DNA from: Malacoraja senta
Lineage: Eukaryota
Length of the DNA: 64,000 nucleotides
Assembly (NCBI GenBank): GCA_038087875.1
Contig: CM075992.1
Span: forward strand, 8,186,001 to 8,250,000
Direction: 5' to 3'
Of the stretch, positions 39,821 to 53,579 are shown piece by piece (within the stretch, counting starts at the first letter, position 1; each line of letters starts with the position of its first letter). A model generated the notes under the pieces. The model saw only the letters and a program-made list of their open reading frames with translations, was not told where the DNA came from and did no database searches. Position numbers and translations under genes: made by a program.

Positions 39821-41536
39821 TTTTTAAAATATTTTTATTTTATTAGAAGTAAGTACAATTGTATACAATCATATTTTCATAATACCTTTTATGTACAGCT
39901 TCTTATTTAAAAAAAAATTTGTAATAAAGAAGAAAAAGAAAAAAGTTAGATAATGAAAAATAGAAAAATGTGAGATATATAGTGTGTGAAAAAGAAAAAT
40001 AGAGAGTGAAAAAAGAAAGTTGAGACAGAAAATAGAAGAAAGAGAGTAAAAGAAGAAAAGAGAAGAAAAGAAAATAGAAGTAAGGAGATCATTTATAATC
40101 TTGACCATCCCCAGTCACGGATTAGCTGTGTTGCACCATATGTTTCCAAAAAGACGACAAATGGAGACCAACTCGTTATGAATTGGTCAAATTTATCTAT
40201 TAGGAGGAATCGCATTTCCTCAAGATGTGCGGTATCCAACATACTTGCAATCCACATTTTGAGCGTTGGTATTGGTGTATTTTTCCAAAATTTAAATATT
40301 CATTTTTTTGCTATTATTAAACCATAATTAAAAATTGACTTTTGAGATGCTCAATATGTTCCCGTCTTCCATTACCCCAAATATAATCAATTCGTTATTG
40401 GGTTCCATTTTTGTCTTAAATAATTTTGTAAATATTTCGAAAATATCACTCCAAAATCCATGACGTTTTTTGCAAGAAGCAAAAGAGTGTGTTATAGTTG
40501 CGTCTTGGGTTAAACATTTATCGCAAATGGGCGATATATTTGGATAAAAATTTATTTAATCTTATTTTTGAGTAATATAATCTATGTAAAATTTTAAATT
40601 GGATTAGATTATGTCTTGCGTTAATCGAACACTTGTGAATGTATGTCAAATACTTTTCCCATGTAGCCTTCGTAAATTTTATCAATAATTCCCGTTCCCA
40701 CTCTTCTCTAATTACCTCGGTCACAGGTAAATCTATATTTAAGATAGTATTATATAAATATCATATTATTTTTTGTGTATCAGCTTTTATATTCATTACT
40801 TCTTCTAGTAAATCAGGAGTTATTTTTTGATATCCCTGTATGTATGTCTTCAAAAAATTACAAATCTGAAAATATTTAAAATGAGTGTTTTTCAGTTTAA
40901 ATTTTAATTGTAATTGTTGAAATGATAATAAATCTCCCATTTCATACATGTCCCCGATCCTTTTAATTCCTAAACTTTCCCATTGATTATATATTTTATC
41001 CATCTTAGATGGTTTAAATAAAGGATTATTCGCTATCGGTGTTAACAATGATAGGTTTCTTAATTTTAAGGATAATTTTATTTGTTTCCATATTCTTATT
41101 GTATCTTGTATAATTGGGTTTTTCTTATATATTGTATTGTTCATTTTTTTCGGGGAGAAGAGGATTGTTCCTATATTACAAGGATAACAATCCTCTTTCT
41201 CCATTTTTATCCATTCTGTCTGTTGAGTTGAACTATCCAACCAGTAAATTATATTCTTAATATGTATTGCCCAATAGTAATACAAAAAATTTGGGAGTGA
41301 AAGTCCCCCGACATCTTTTGGTTTACATAAGTGTTCTTTTTTAATTCTATGTGATTTATAATCCCAAACAAAATTAGTAATATTAGCGTTCAGTTTAGAA
41401 AAAAAATATTTTGGTGTATATATACTGGTATAGATTGAAATAGGTATAATAACTGTGGTAGGAAGCTCATTTTAATAGCATTTATTCTGCCTATTAATGA
41501 TAGAGTGTTTTCCAAAATTTTATCATTATATTAAGT
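39821..41536 (-). mobile_element. 5'-truncated L1/Tx1-clade LINE inserted in the Tc1 5' UTR
   Basis: ORFs 40761..41285 and 40518..40724; CDKCLTQDATITHSFASC knuckle; TSD TTTCCTCCAGTCTTTCT at 39804-39820 and 41537-41553. Confidence 0.9.
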
Positions 41537-41947
41537 TTTCCTCCAGTCTTTCTATCACCTTTGGAAACTTTTATTGCTGTTTATCAACATGAGGACCGAA
41601 GTTGTGCCAATGAAAGTCAAAGAAGCCATTCTGAGACTGAGAAACAAGAATAAAACTGTTGGAGATGTCAGCCAAACCTTAGGCTTACCAAAATCAACTG
41701 TTTGGAACATCATTAAGAAGAAAAAGAGCACCGGTGAGCTTACTAATCGCAAAGGGGCTGGCAGGCCAAGGAAGACCTCCACAACTGATGACAGAAGAAT
41801 TCTCTCTATAATAAAAAGAATCCCCAAACACCTGTCCGACAGATCGGAAACACTCTTCAGCTGTGGAATTGTTAAAGACCACTGTCCGCAGAAGACTTCA
41901 TGAACAGAAATACAGAGGCTACACTGCAAGATGCAAACCACTGGTTT

Positions 41948-42467
41948 GACTCAAAACTGACTCGTTGCATCGTGGCTTGGTTCGGCAACTTGAGCGCCCT
42001 GGAGAGGAAAAGACTACAAAGAGTAGTAAACACTGCCCAGTCCATCATCGGTTCTGACCTCACTTCCATCGAGGGGATCTATCGCAGTCGCTGCCTCAAA
42101 AAGGCTGGCAGTATCATCAAGGACCCACATCATCCTGGCCACACACTCATCTCCCTGCTACCTTCAGGTAGAAGGTACAGGTGCCTGAAGACTGCAACGT
42201 CCAGGTTCAGGAATAGCTACTTCCCCACAGCCATCAGGCTATTAAACTTGGCTCGGACAAAACTATGAACATTAATAGCCCATTATCTGTTATTTGCACT
42301 TTATCAGTTTATTTATTTATTCATGTGTGTATATATTTATATAATGATATTGGACACACTGATCTGTTTTGTAGTCAATGCCTTCTATGTTCTGTTGTGC
42401 TGAAGCAAAGCAAGAATTTCATTGTCCTATCAGGGACACATGACAATAAACTCACTTGAACTTGAAC
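41948..42467 (+). mobile_element. Rex1/Babar-like LINE 3' fragment interrupting the transposase
   Basis: CIVAWFGNLSALERKRLQRVV...LLPSGRRYR...FPTAIRLLN; AATAAA and (TTGAAC)n tail. Confidence 0.85.
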
Positions 42468-43509
42468 TAGGATGGCCAGGTTACAGTTTGCCAAGAGGTA
42501 CTTAAAAGAGCAACCAAAGTTTTCGAAAAAGGTCTTGTGGACAGATGACACGAAGATTAACTTATATCAGAGTGATGGCAAGAGCAACGTATGGAGGAGA
42601 GAAGGAACTGCCCAAGATCCAGAGCATACCACCTCATCTGTGAAACACGATGGTGGGGGTGTTATGACCTGGGCATGTATGGCTGCTGAAGGTATTGGCT
42701 CACTTATCTTCATTGATGATACCACTGCTGATGGTAGAAGCATAATGAATTCTGAAGTGTATAGACACATCCTATCTGCTCAAGTTCAAACGAATGCCTC
42801 AAAACTCATTGGCCGGCGGTTCATTCTACAGCAAGGCAATGATCCCAAACATACTGCTAAAGCAACAGTTTTTCAAAGAAAAAATGGTAAATTCTTGAGT
42901 GGCCAAGTCAATCACCCAATCTGAACCCAATTGAGCATGCCTTTTATATGCTGAAGAGAAAACAGAAGGGGACTAGCCCCCAAAACAAGCATAAGCTAAA
43001 GATGGCTGCAATACAGGCCTGGCAGAGCATCACCAGAGAAGACACAGAACACCTGGTGATGTCCATGAATCGCAGACTTCAAGCAGGCATTGCATGCAAA
43101 GGAAATGCAACAAAATACTAAACATGACTACTTTCATTTACATGACATTGCTGTGTCCCAAACATTATGGTGCCCTGAAATGGGGGGGGGGGGGGGGGGG
43201 GGACTATGTATAAACACTGCTGTAATTTCTGCATGGTGAAACCAAAATGTATAAAAATGGCCTTTATTAAAATCTGACAATGTGCACTTTAACCACGTGA
43301 TTTTTTCTATTACAAATCTCAAATTGTGGAATACAGAGGCAAATAAATAAATAACGGGTCTTTGTCCCAAACATTATGGAGGGCACTGTATATCTCAGAG
43401 CAAGGACAGTAAATAAACACCAGCCTTACCTGCAACACCCACATCCTGAGAACAGAAAAAAAAAATATTTACGTTAAACGGATTTAATGGCAATTCAAAG
43501 CAAATGTAC

Positions 43510-43589
43510 CTGTGTTGCTTATCTTCTGTGTCTGATGATAAACTGCACCTTTCTGGGGAAACAGTTTGATTTACATCAGTTTCGTCCAG
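43510..43589 (-). CDS. PKN1: PKN linker exon: LDETDVNQTVSPERCSLSSDTEDKQH(S)
   Basis: ttgcag|CTG acceptor and AG|gtacat donor; 80 bp, phase 0 to 2, which exactly bridges the neighbouring exons; sequence poorly conserved. Confidence 0.78.
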
Positions 43590-45401
43590 CTGCAATGGAG
43601 AAACCAATGAATACGGAAATATCATTAGACATGAACAGAAACAGTTCATTATAAAATAGATAAAAGTAAACATTTAAGCTTTTGAAAACCTAAACCAGCA
43701 GTATGATAATGTCATAAATTGTGGAATTAAATATTTTCAGAATTCATTGAGGCCTTTGGTTTGCCAGGAGTTTACTTTTTTTGAAATGGACTTTCAGGGT
43801 CTTCTTCCAACGCGTACCATAGAATATCACGTGATGGAAGCTAAATCATGAGTTTGGCTGCAGTTCTGTGCCTGACCACAAACAGAGCCCTACTAGAAGA
43901 CTGGGATACATTTATAGCATTAATGACACATTCTCAAACATTTTGCTTCCAAGAATAGATTTCCCAGGCATGCAAGACAAGAGTGGAAAGAAATCTAAGC
44001 ACTACAGCTATGTACAGCCAAGAAAATAGGGGAAGCTGATAATAGTCTTAACTCTTTACCACGTGATTGCATCAGCCACTTAAACAGTGACCACGAGAGC
44101 ATGTTGATACCAGGTACGAACAGCAGGTACTGAGTAACACCCCAGGGACCCATCTAATCATCTACAGAGCTCGATTCAGGAATGTGATGGAATATTCACT
44201 AAGGGACACAGAGTGCTGGAGTAACTCAGTGGGTCAGGCAGCATCTCTGGATAACATGAATAGGTTTTGGGTCGGGACCCTATCCATGTTTTTTTATACA
44301 AATGTTGGTGGGTATATGGAACGAGCTGCCAGAGGAGGTATTTGAGGCAGGTACTATCGTTACGTTTAAGAGACATTTGGGCAGGAACATCGGTTGGATA
44401 GGTTTGGAATGTTATATGCCAAGTGTGGGCAGAGGGCACTAGTGAGAAGGGGCATGGGTGTGGGTTAGTTGGGCCAAAGAGCCTGTTTCCACGCTGTATG
44501 ACATGTTCTCCACAAATGCTGCTTGATCTGCCTCGTTACTCCAGCACTTTTGTGCCCTTTCGTGTAAACCGTCATATGTGCCTCCTTGTTCCCACTGTGG
44601 AATATTCTCTATTTGCCTGGCTGAGAGCAAGTAGGTTGACGTGAATCAGGAACAAGAAACCCCATTGATCGATGGTCCCTCCACACCCGATGCATTCCCT
44701 TCACCGCCCACACACAAAGGCTGCAGTGAACAACCATCAACAAAATACAGTGTATTTACTCAGCACCTCCCAAACCCACACACTCCACCACTAACAAGAG
44801 CGGCAGGCGCGGGGATCACCATAATCTACAGCTGTTTCCCCAACCACACAACCTTGCAATCATGTACATACCTAGCCAAACACACCGACAGGCAGGCCTT
44901 TCACCAGAGAGTGGCTCAGCCACACATTCCCAAGAGTAATAATGGATGAGAGATAAATGCTTGCTTTACCAGAAATGCCAGCAAGCCAAGAAAGAACAAG
45001 TAAAATAATGTACTGGAACAGCAGTCAGTTGCTTAACAAGCAAAGGCCTCGATGCCTCTCTACCGAGCACAGTCCCAAAGATGGGCAGAAATGGCAGAGC
45101 ACACTGAGGAAAGGAGTTGATGTCCGATAGGGAACACGCCACAAAGGCAATTTCTGTTTGACAACAGCCACAGTACACAGAGGAGCGGGAATAGGGCGGC
45201 ACGGTGGTGCAGCGGTAGAGTTGCTGCCTTACAGCGCCGGAGACCTGGGTTTGATCCTAACCACGGTGTTGTCTGTGCAGAGTTTGTACGTTCCGCTTTT
45301 ACCATATGGGTTTTCTCCAGGTGCTCCGGTTTCCTCCCACTTTCCAAAGCCGTAAATGTTTGTAGGGTAATTGGTATAATTGTAAAATTGTCTCTAGTCA
45401 G

Positions 45402-45846
45402 CAGGGGTTGGCAACCTTGTTCTGCATAGGGGCCTGGACACATGTCTGTGAGCGGGATGGTGGGCCACATCTATCACGTGTACACATGGATCCCGTCCCG
45501 CCCCGGAATGCAGGCATCAAATCACGTGTTCACAGAAGGTAAACAAAAATGCTGAAGAAACTCAGTGGTTGAGGCAGCCTCGTGCAATCCTTGCATGTCT
45601 CACCCGCTGAGTTTCTCCAGCATTTTTGTCCACCTTCGATTTTTCCAGCATCTGCAGTTCTTTCTTAAACGTGTTCACAGAAGGTGCGCAGCCGTGCCGG
45701 CGGCTTTGCGCAGGATGCATTACAGCCAGAGCTCGGCGCTCGGCGGGCCGGATGATTACGGGAAAAGAAATCCACCTGCGGGCCGGATGATTTTGGGTTA
45801 CCGGCTGCATTCGGCCCGGGCGGGGGCCGTAGGTTGCCGACCCCTG
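45402..45846. mobile_element. hAT-like MITE inside an HE1 SINE (about 45194-45920), itself holding a Penelope hairpin (45541-45668)
   Basis: TIR CAGGGGTTGGCAACCT...AGGTTGCCGACCCCTG; inner TSD ACGTGTTCACAGAAGGT at 45524-45540 and 45669-45685. Confidence 0.8.
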
Positions 45847-47994
45847 GTGTACAGGGTGATCGCTGGTCGGTGCAGTCGGCAGGCCGAAGGGCCTGTTTCC
45901 ACGCTGTATCTCTAAAGTCTAAAGGTAGGGCAGGATCTCTGGAGAACATTGGATATCCGTGTCCTCCAGAGATGCTGCTTGACCTGCTGAGTTACTCCAG
46001 CACTTTGTATCCAGGAGAAAGTAGGGCATAATCAATGAAGCAGCCGTCAACAAGACCTACAGTGAGCAGCAGTTTGTCTAATAGCAGGTACAGCTGATGG
46101 ATTGTCAGCAGCAATGGTTTGTCATACTTGGGAAAGGCACAAGTAACTTGACAGCAGACATAATAGAGAGCGGGCATAATCGATAGGCAGCTGCAGGTCT
46201 GACAACAGGCACCAAAAATAAATGAGACGTGGTGAATGGAGAGCAAGTTGTCTGACAGCGTGCACAGTCAAAAGAAAAATGAATGTATCAATGGGCACAA
46301 TCAGTGGAAGAGCAGTCAGTCTATCTATGAGCACATCTGTCAGAGTGGCAATCTCTCTCCCAGCAGAGATGTTTATACTGGAGCATTGGAACCCAGGTCC
46401 TACCATTTTTCCAGCTTTCTTCCACCCCCCCCCCCCCCCGCCACAATCAGTCTGAGAAAGGGTCCTGACCCGACCCGAAAAGTCGCCTATCCATGTTCTC
46501 CAGAGATGTGTAGCAAGGAACTGCAGATGCTGGTTTACACTGAAGATACTCAAAATGCTGGAGTAACTCAGCGGGACAGGCAGCATCTCTGGAGAGAAGG
46601 AATGGTAACATTTCGGGTCGAGATCCTTCTTCAGACTGAGAGTCAGGGGAGAGGGAGACACTGAGTTGTGGAAGGGCAAGGTGTGAAAACGAGAGATCAA
46701 AGGGGACATAGTTCAAGGAAAATATGGAATAGATCATTGTTATCTGAGGGGAAGGCGACTCGACCCGGACTTCACCCATTCCTTCTCTCCAGAGATGCTG
46801 CTTGTCCCGCTGAGTTACTCCAGCTTTTTGTGTCTATTTTAGGATGGAGGAGGGATGGAGAGAGAGGGAAAGAGATACTCCAGCACTTTGTATTATGCTG
46901 GAGCAATTGGTCTCTTGACAGACAGTTTCTGGGTGAGGAGTCAGTAACATCAAAGGAAGCGTTAGTCAAATCAGTCAACAGTCAACATATCGTAAAAATA
47001 GTCAATTCGTTAGCAACTGCAGTGATGATGTAGCAATTAGTCTGACATCACGCACAATCCAGGGAGGAGTGGGGAGGTATGATGCAGTCACAACTGACAG
47101 GGAAATGATCAGTCTGTCAACTAGCACATGAAAAATCAGTGTGAAATCACGGATAGTCCACAAATTAGGGATCTGAGTGTCAACTAATACAATCAACAGA
47201 GGGCTAGTCAGTCTGTCAGCTGTCACATTACAAGTCTAAAGGGAAGCGTTCAGAATAAGTGCAGCACAATCTTTACAGCAGTCTAACTGAGAACAGAAAG
47301 AGTCCCTAAAGAAGCAATCAACATTGGGAACATTTGACAGACAAATTATTTGACTTTTATTCAGCAGTATAAATGTTGGAGCCGTCAGTCTGACTGTGCA
47401 CGGCTGAGACCCTCTCTCACTACTCCCCCTCTGTGATACCCACTGCTCTCCGGTTCTAAGACCATGTTTTAACCCGGTCTCGCTACCACAGTCTTGTGTT
47501 TCCTCAGCCCTAGCCTGCGCCTCCATCTTGTGCCTCGTGGCTTATGAGAGTCTGAAGAAAGGTCCCGATTCGAAACGTCACAGAAGTATTTTCCCCAGAG
47601 ATATGGCTCGATCCGTTGAGTTACTCCAGCATTTTGTGTCTATCTTTGGTATAAACCAGCATCTGCAATTCCTCGTTTCTACTGATTATATATCCTGTCT
47701 ATTCCTCTCATCATTTTATCTACCTTTAGAAGGTCACCCCTCCATCCCCTACATATCAATGAGAACAAACCCAGCTTGAATGGCCTGTTCTTGGGCTAGC
47801 ACATAGTTGCAATCATGGAGATGCTTCAGCGCCTTTACGTTTTGAAGTTCAAAAACATTTGGCCCAACAAACCGCTACAGATGTACTGTACAAAGTACAG
47901 CACTTCACTAAGTTACTTCAGCACTTGTTTAGTAAACCAGCATCCGCAGTTCTTTGTATCCATTCTGTAGAAAGTATCCTGTCTGGTAGCATCA

Positions 47995-48855
47995 TATAAA
48001 TGATTTGAACGAGGGGATTGTGGCAAAGTTTGCAGATGAACTTAGTGTCGCAAAGTGTGGAGTCATGCATTTTGGTGGTAGGAATAAAGGCATAGACTAT
48101 TTTCTAAATGGGGTGAGAATCCAGAAATCGGAGGTGCAAAGGGACTTGGGAGTGCTGGTGCAGGATTCTCAAAAAGTTAATCTGTAAGTTGAATCAGTAG
48201 TAAAGAAAGCAAACTCAATGCGAGCGTTTATTTCAAGACGGCTTGTATACAAAAACAGGGATTTAAAGCTGAGGCTCTATAAGATGATGGTAAGGCTACA
48301 TTTGGAATATTGTGAGCAAGTTTGGACACCATATCTGAGAAAGAGTGTGCTGGCTCTGGAGAGGGTCCAGAGGAGGTTTACAAGAATGATCCCAGGAATG
48401 AGAAGGTTAACATATGATGAGCATTTGATGGCACTGGGCCTGTACTCGCTGGAGTTTAGATGAATGAGGGGGGACCTCATTGAAACGTACAGAATATTGA
48501 AAGGCTTGGATAGAGTGGATGTGAAGAGGATGTTTCCATTAGTGGGAGAGACTAGAACTAAAGGTCAGCCTCAGAATGAGATGTTCTTTTAGGAAGGAGA
48601 TGAGGAGAAATTTATTTAGTCAGAGGGTGGTGAATCTGTGGAATTATTTGCCACAGAAGGCTGTAGAGGCAAAGTCAGTGGATATGTTTACAGCAGAGAT
48701 AGAAAGATTCTTGATTAGTACATATGTCAGGGGTTATGGAGAAAAGGCAGGAGAATGGGATTAGGAGGGAGAGATAGATCAGCCATGATTGAATGGCAGA
48801 TTAGACTTGATGGGCCGAATGGCCTAATTCTGCTCTTATCACAGATGACCTTATG
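47995..48855 (+). mobile_element. CR1 LINE RT/3' fragment
   Basis: KFAD(E) motif, KCGVMHFG, HLEYCEQVWTPYL and the conserved CR1 3' UTR. Confidence 0.85.
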
Positions 48856-51806
48856 CTCATGGCCAGGTTAAGGCAATTCCAACACACAGGGATGCAAGAG
48901 GCTACAGAGTGGTGGACTAAGCTCGGTCTATCAAAGGCACAACCCTCCCCTCCATCAAAAGCACTCTCTCCTTGTAATTAAACCCCTCCATTCCAGGCAA
49001 CATCCTGGAGCACCTTTTCTGTGCTCTTTCTCATGCTAACATGTCATTTCTGTGCTCTTTCCAATGCCACAACATCCTTAGGTGCAGGAACAGTCTGTGC
49101 GAAGGCCGAGTAGTCCATGAAGGAGCAATCTGTCTCGGGCACAATTGACAGGGATAGCGACGAGCACAGTGATGCAGCGGTAGAGTTACTGCCTCACAGC
49201 GCCAGAGAACCGGGTTCAATCCTGACCACGGGTGCGGTCTGTATGGAGTTTGTACGTCGTCCCATGACCGCGTGGATTTCTCCGGGTGACCCGGTTTCCT
49301 CCCACACTCCAAAGACGTACAGGTTGGTAGGTTAATTTGGCTTGGATAAAAATTGTAAATTGACCCTGGTGTGTAGTGTAGGATAGTGTTAGTGTACAGG
49401 GATCAGCATGGACCCGGTGGGCTGAAGGGCATGTTTCCACGCTGAATGTCTAAATTAAACTAGGTATTGCTGAGAGCACATAGTCCAGCAGAGGCACAGG
49501 ATGAGTCTGGAACTCCTGACCACAGCACAAGGAGGAACAGAACGACCAGGATAGACCGTCATGTTCACATCGAAGCATCATTAACCAAAGATTGAAAGAT
49601 AAACATCACGAGACTACAATGTAAAAGAAAAATAACTAGATAGGCAGGATTTGAAAAGAGATATCTTGAGAAGTACACATCAATAGCCCAAGATAGAAAG
49701 AAGAAAGGTGGCACAAGTATGAAAGAACGATGCACCCACACCAGAACTACTTTTTATAGACAGCTAACACGGACCAAAACAGAAGCTGTACAGGATTGAG
49801 GGCATTAGCTTTAGTCCAGCCTTGCCCGAAGAAGAGTGGGACTAGAGCAGTGGGACAGTGGGGCCCATACCTGAAGTTGCCTGTAACACTGCAATATGAC
49901 AGACTGCATTGAAGAATAGAAGATATTAAGAAAATAACATGAGTATTGTATTCACATATACAATACCGCATTTCAACCAGATTTTTTTTCCCTTCCCAAT
50001 AGCTCACTATAAAACAACGTAACTGTAAGCTGACCTTGGGCAGACTGGAATCTTTCAAGTGGGATACTTTAAACTAGGAGAGCGTCACTGTGTTGTAGTT
50101 TAGAGAAACCGGTCTTAACCCCCCCCCCCATCCATTCCAACTGTTGCACTCCTTTATACAAATCCCATTTATCTGCACGAGGCCCACAGCAGTGTGGTGA
50201 AGTTTGGAAAAAAATAGGCATGGTAAATGAGGCCGCCATGATAAGATAATATGAGTTTCAGTTTGAAAGAGGGAGATTAAGTCTTTCACTGATGGAACTA
50301 ATACTGTGCGTACAACGAAGACCCTGATCTCATGGTGAAATGGCTCTGGTCCTGGACTCAATAGATCTTGAATAATCTCAGGAACCAACAGTTCAAACTT
50401 CTTCAAGGGAATTTTAAGTCAGACAATTAAGTGTATGGAACATTATCTAGCATTGCTAACACAGCATGGAAACCGGTTCTTCAGCCAGTGTTGATCAGCA
50501 AAGACTCAATACACCAATCCCATATTAATCCTATTTTTACTACATCTCCATAAACTTAACAAAAAGTAGGGAAATGTTTGAGGAAAGTCCAGAACTCAGG
50601 GCCTCTGCAGCAGAAGGCAAAGCAGCACGGTGGTGCAGCGGTAGAGTTGCTGCCTTACAGCGCCATAGACCCGGGTTTGATCCCGACTACGGTTGCTGTC
50701 TGTGTGGAGTTTGTACGTTCTCCCCATGACCTGCGTGGGTTTTCTCCGGGTGCTCCGGTTTCCTCCCACATTCCAAAGATGTACAGGTTTGACTTGGTAT
50801 AATTGACTTGGTATAAATGTAAATTGGCCCTAGTGTGTGTAGGATAGCGTTAGTGTGCGGAGATCGCTGGTCGGTGTGGAGTCAGTGGGCCAAAGGGAAA
50901 CCAGAATGCTAAAAAAGGTTGAAGCGATGGTTCTGGCATCAAATAAGCTGAGGCAATTGGAACTGGGTAATGTTAATGGAAAAGCTGAAAATAGGCAGAT
51001 GTAGTGATGGTAGACAAAACTGCTGGTGAAACTCTGCGGGTGAGACAGCTTCTATGGAGCGAAGGAAATAGGCAACATCTCGGGTCGAAACCCTTCTTCA
51101 GACTCAATGATGTAGTGATGGCATGGATTTGTGATCGGCAACTCTCCTTGGGATTAAAGTTCATAGAGCAGCTGAGAAGAGGTGATGGACATCAGTTTTA
51201 CACACACACAATATCATTCATGAATTTGGATTTTGATTGTGGAATCTGCTTCAGGGCTATAGTTGGACAAAAATCTAATTGCAGATATTCAGAATTATAG
51301 GAAAGATGGCCAAGGCCTTGGGAAACAGCAAGTCCCTATCCATTCTCTTCACAGACGCTGCCTGACCCACTGAGTACCTCCATTAACTTGTGCTTTGCTC
51401 AAGTCTCGAGCTTACTGCGGTAGCTATTCTTTGAAGTGTACAATGTCCTCCTACTATAAAATTAGGCACGAACAAGCAAGGGGCGGGACGGAGGTGCTGC
51501 TGATAGAGCTTAATCACGGCACCTGAGACCTGGGTTCAATTCTAACCTCGAGAGCTGTCTGTGTGGAGTTTACACGTTCTCCCTGTGACTGCATGGGTTT
51601 TCGACAGGTTTCCTCCCACATGCGAAAGACATGCAGGATTGTAGGTTAATTGGCCCTCTGTAAATTGCCCCCTAGTGTGTTGGGAGTGGATGAGAAAGTG
51701 GGATAACATAGAACTAGTGTGAACCGATGATTGGTGGTCGCCATGGACTGAAGGGCCTGTTTCCATGCTGTGTCTTTCAATCAATTCAAACAGAAAGGTT
51801 TCCAAC

Positions 51807-51918
51807 CTGCATTGGCTTTTCACCGTTGTGGCTGCTCCTCGACTCCAAAGAAGCTTTTCGGGGCGTACTTGACTGTTCATCTCCCAAATCTAACGTCAAC
51901 TTCTCAAACGATAGGTCT
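51807..51918 (-). CDS. PKN1: PKN linker exon: DLSFEKLTLDLGDEQSSTPRKASLESRSSHNGEKPMQ
   Basis: tttcag|A acceptor and CAG|gttgga donor; 112 bp, phase 2 to 0; open frame resembling the PKN1 linker (DISVEKLNL...PIQ). Confidence 0.85.
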
Positions 51919-53054
51919 CTGAAACAAGAGAAGTTCCGTCATGTAGTGATTTAATCAGCCAGGACAGATTTCATTCATATTCTCCAAATCATTAACTCTG
52001 AGCACAGAAAACGAACAATCAGCCTGACACCGGAGTCAGTCACAGTTCTTGCTCACTGTTCCTTTTAAAATATTTCCACATCATATTAAAAAATATATTT
52101 TCTGCATCTGCATCGCTGATATCAACCACAAACAGCAATGGGCCTGGTACCGATCTCTAGTATGCCTCAGGGATTGGTGTAGCTATTTGTAGTTTGTAGT
52201 TTGTAGTTAATTCTCAGGATGGCGGGACTGTCATATGCTGAGAGAATGGAGCGGCTGGGCTTGTACACACTGGAGTTTAGAAGGATGAGAGGGAATCTCA
52301 TTGAAACATATAAGATTGTTAAGGGCTTGGACACGCTAGAGGCAGGAAACATGTTCCCGATGTTGGGGGAGTCCAGAACCAGGGGCCACAGTTTAAGAAT
52401 AAGGAGTAAGCCATTTAGAACGGAGACGAGGAAACACTTTTTCTCAGAGAGTGGTGAGACTGTGGAATTCTCTGCCTCAGAGGACGGTGGAGGCAGGTTC
52501 TCTGGATGCTTTCAAGAGAGAGCAAGGTAGGGCTCTTAAAAATAGCAGAGTCAGGGGATATGGGGAGAAGGCAGGAACGGGGTACTGATTGGGGATGATC
52601 AGCCATGATCACATTAAATGGCGGTGCTGGCTTGAAGGGCCAAATGGCCTACTCCTGCACCTATTGTCTATTGTATCAATGATTTGGATGAGAATGTGCA
52701 AAGCAGGATGAGTAGGTTTGCAGATGACATTAAAGTGGGTGGTATCGTACATGGTAAAGATGGGTATCAAAAATCACAGGCCAATTCAAGGAGAATGTGC
52801 AATCTCCACAAACAGCACCAGAGGTCAGGATTGAACCTGGTTCACTGGAAGTGTGCGGCAGCAACACTGCTAGGGGCACCGTTGTGCCATTGTTTAAAAA
52901 CTATTATGGATTCTATTCTTAGAAGGCATCCCCTTTCATAAGAAGCCCTTGAGCATGATAACCTTTCCAAATTTATTTACAAATCATTGATCAAGTGTTA
53001 TTTTTCGGTTCGTTCATCAACGTTTTCCCCCTATGTGTGGTCCTTCCCCCAAGA

Positions 53055-53280
53055 GACAAGAGACATTTATTGTCACTTGTACCCATTGGTACAGTGAAAT
53101 TTGTGATCACCATACAGCCATACGATTTTTTTTAAAAGAGCACAGAACACGATAGTCTTTAACATAGACATCCCACACAGCGGAATCAAAGTTTCTCACG
53201 GTGAGGGAAGGCACCAAAGTTCAGTCATCCTCCTCTGTTGTCCTCTGTTGTTCACCCGTGGTCGGGGGGCTCCGACCCTT
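53055..53280 (-). mobile_element. 3' fragment of the GC-rich retroposon family seen at 61322-62179
   Basis: Reverse complement matches about 61965-62175 (GGTGCCTTCCCTCAC...GTATGGCTGTATGGTGA...GTGACAATAAAT). Confidence 0.75.
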
Positions 53281-53579
53281 GCAACTTAATGCCTCCCTCC
53301 TAATGCCATGCTGTTTGCCATCAACATGAACAATTTGATTGACAACGCAGTTAACATTGTTGGTAAATTTGCAGAAGGTATAGCGGACAGTGAGGAAGGA
53401 TATCCAAGTTTATAATAGGATCTAGATCAGTTGGGAAGGCGAGCTATGAAACGAAAAATGGAATTTAACTCTGACAAGTGTGAGGTGTTGTGCTTTGATG
53501 TGTCAAACCATTGCAGGACTTAGACAGTAAATGGTAGAGCCCTGGAGAGTGTTGCAGGACAGCGAGATCTGGGAGTGCA

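Larger units (their letters stand above)
39704..43388 (+). mobile_element. Defective IR/DR-type Tc1 transposon carrying two nested LINEs
   Basis: Transposase from ATG 41589 (HTH region, GRPRKT) and ORF 42472..42924 (WTDDTK, QQGNDPKH), with out-of-frame SPNLNPIEH. Right TIR has direct repeats TGTCCCAAACATTATGG (43154-43170, 43363-43379) and ends CACTG|TA. Left TIR is truncated at its inner DR. Confidence 0.9.

Noticed and set aside
41574..42924. Active Tc1 transposase gene
   Set aside because: Frameshifts, a LINE insertion and loss of a catalytic Asp.
43182..43203. Poly-G run as a G-quadruplex regulatory element
   Set aside because: Homopolymer within the Tc1 TIR; length is unreliable and there is no evidence of function.
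45194..45270. tRNA-like sequences with A/B boxes (many copies)
   Set aside because: Heads of HE1-type SINEs followed by the V-domain and tail; not tRNA genes.
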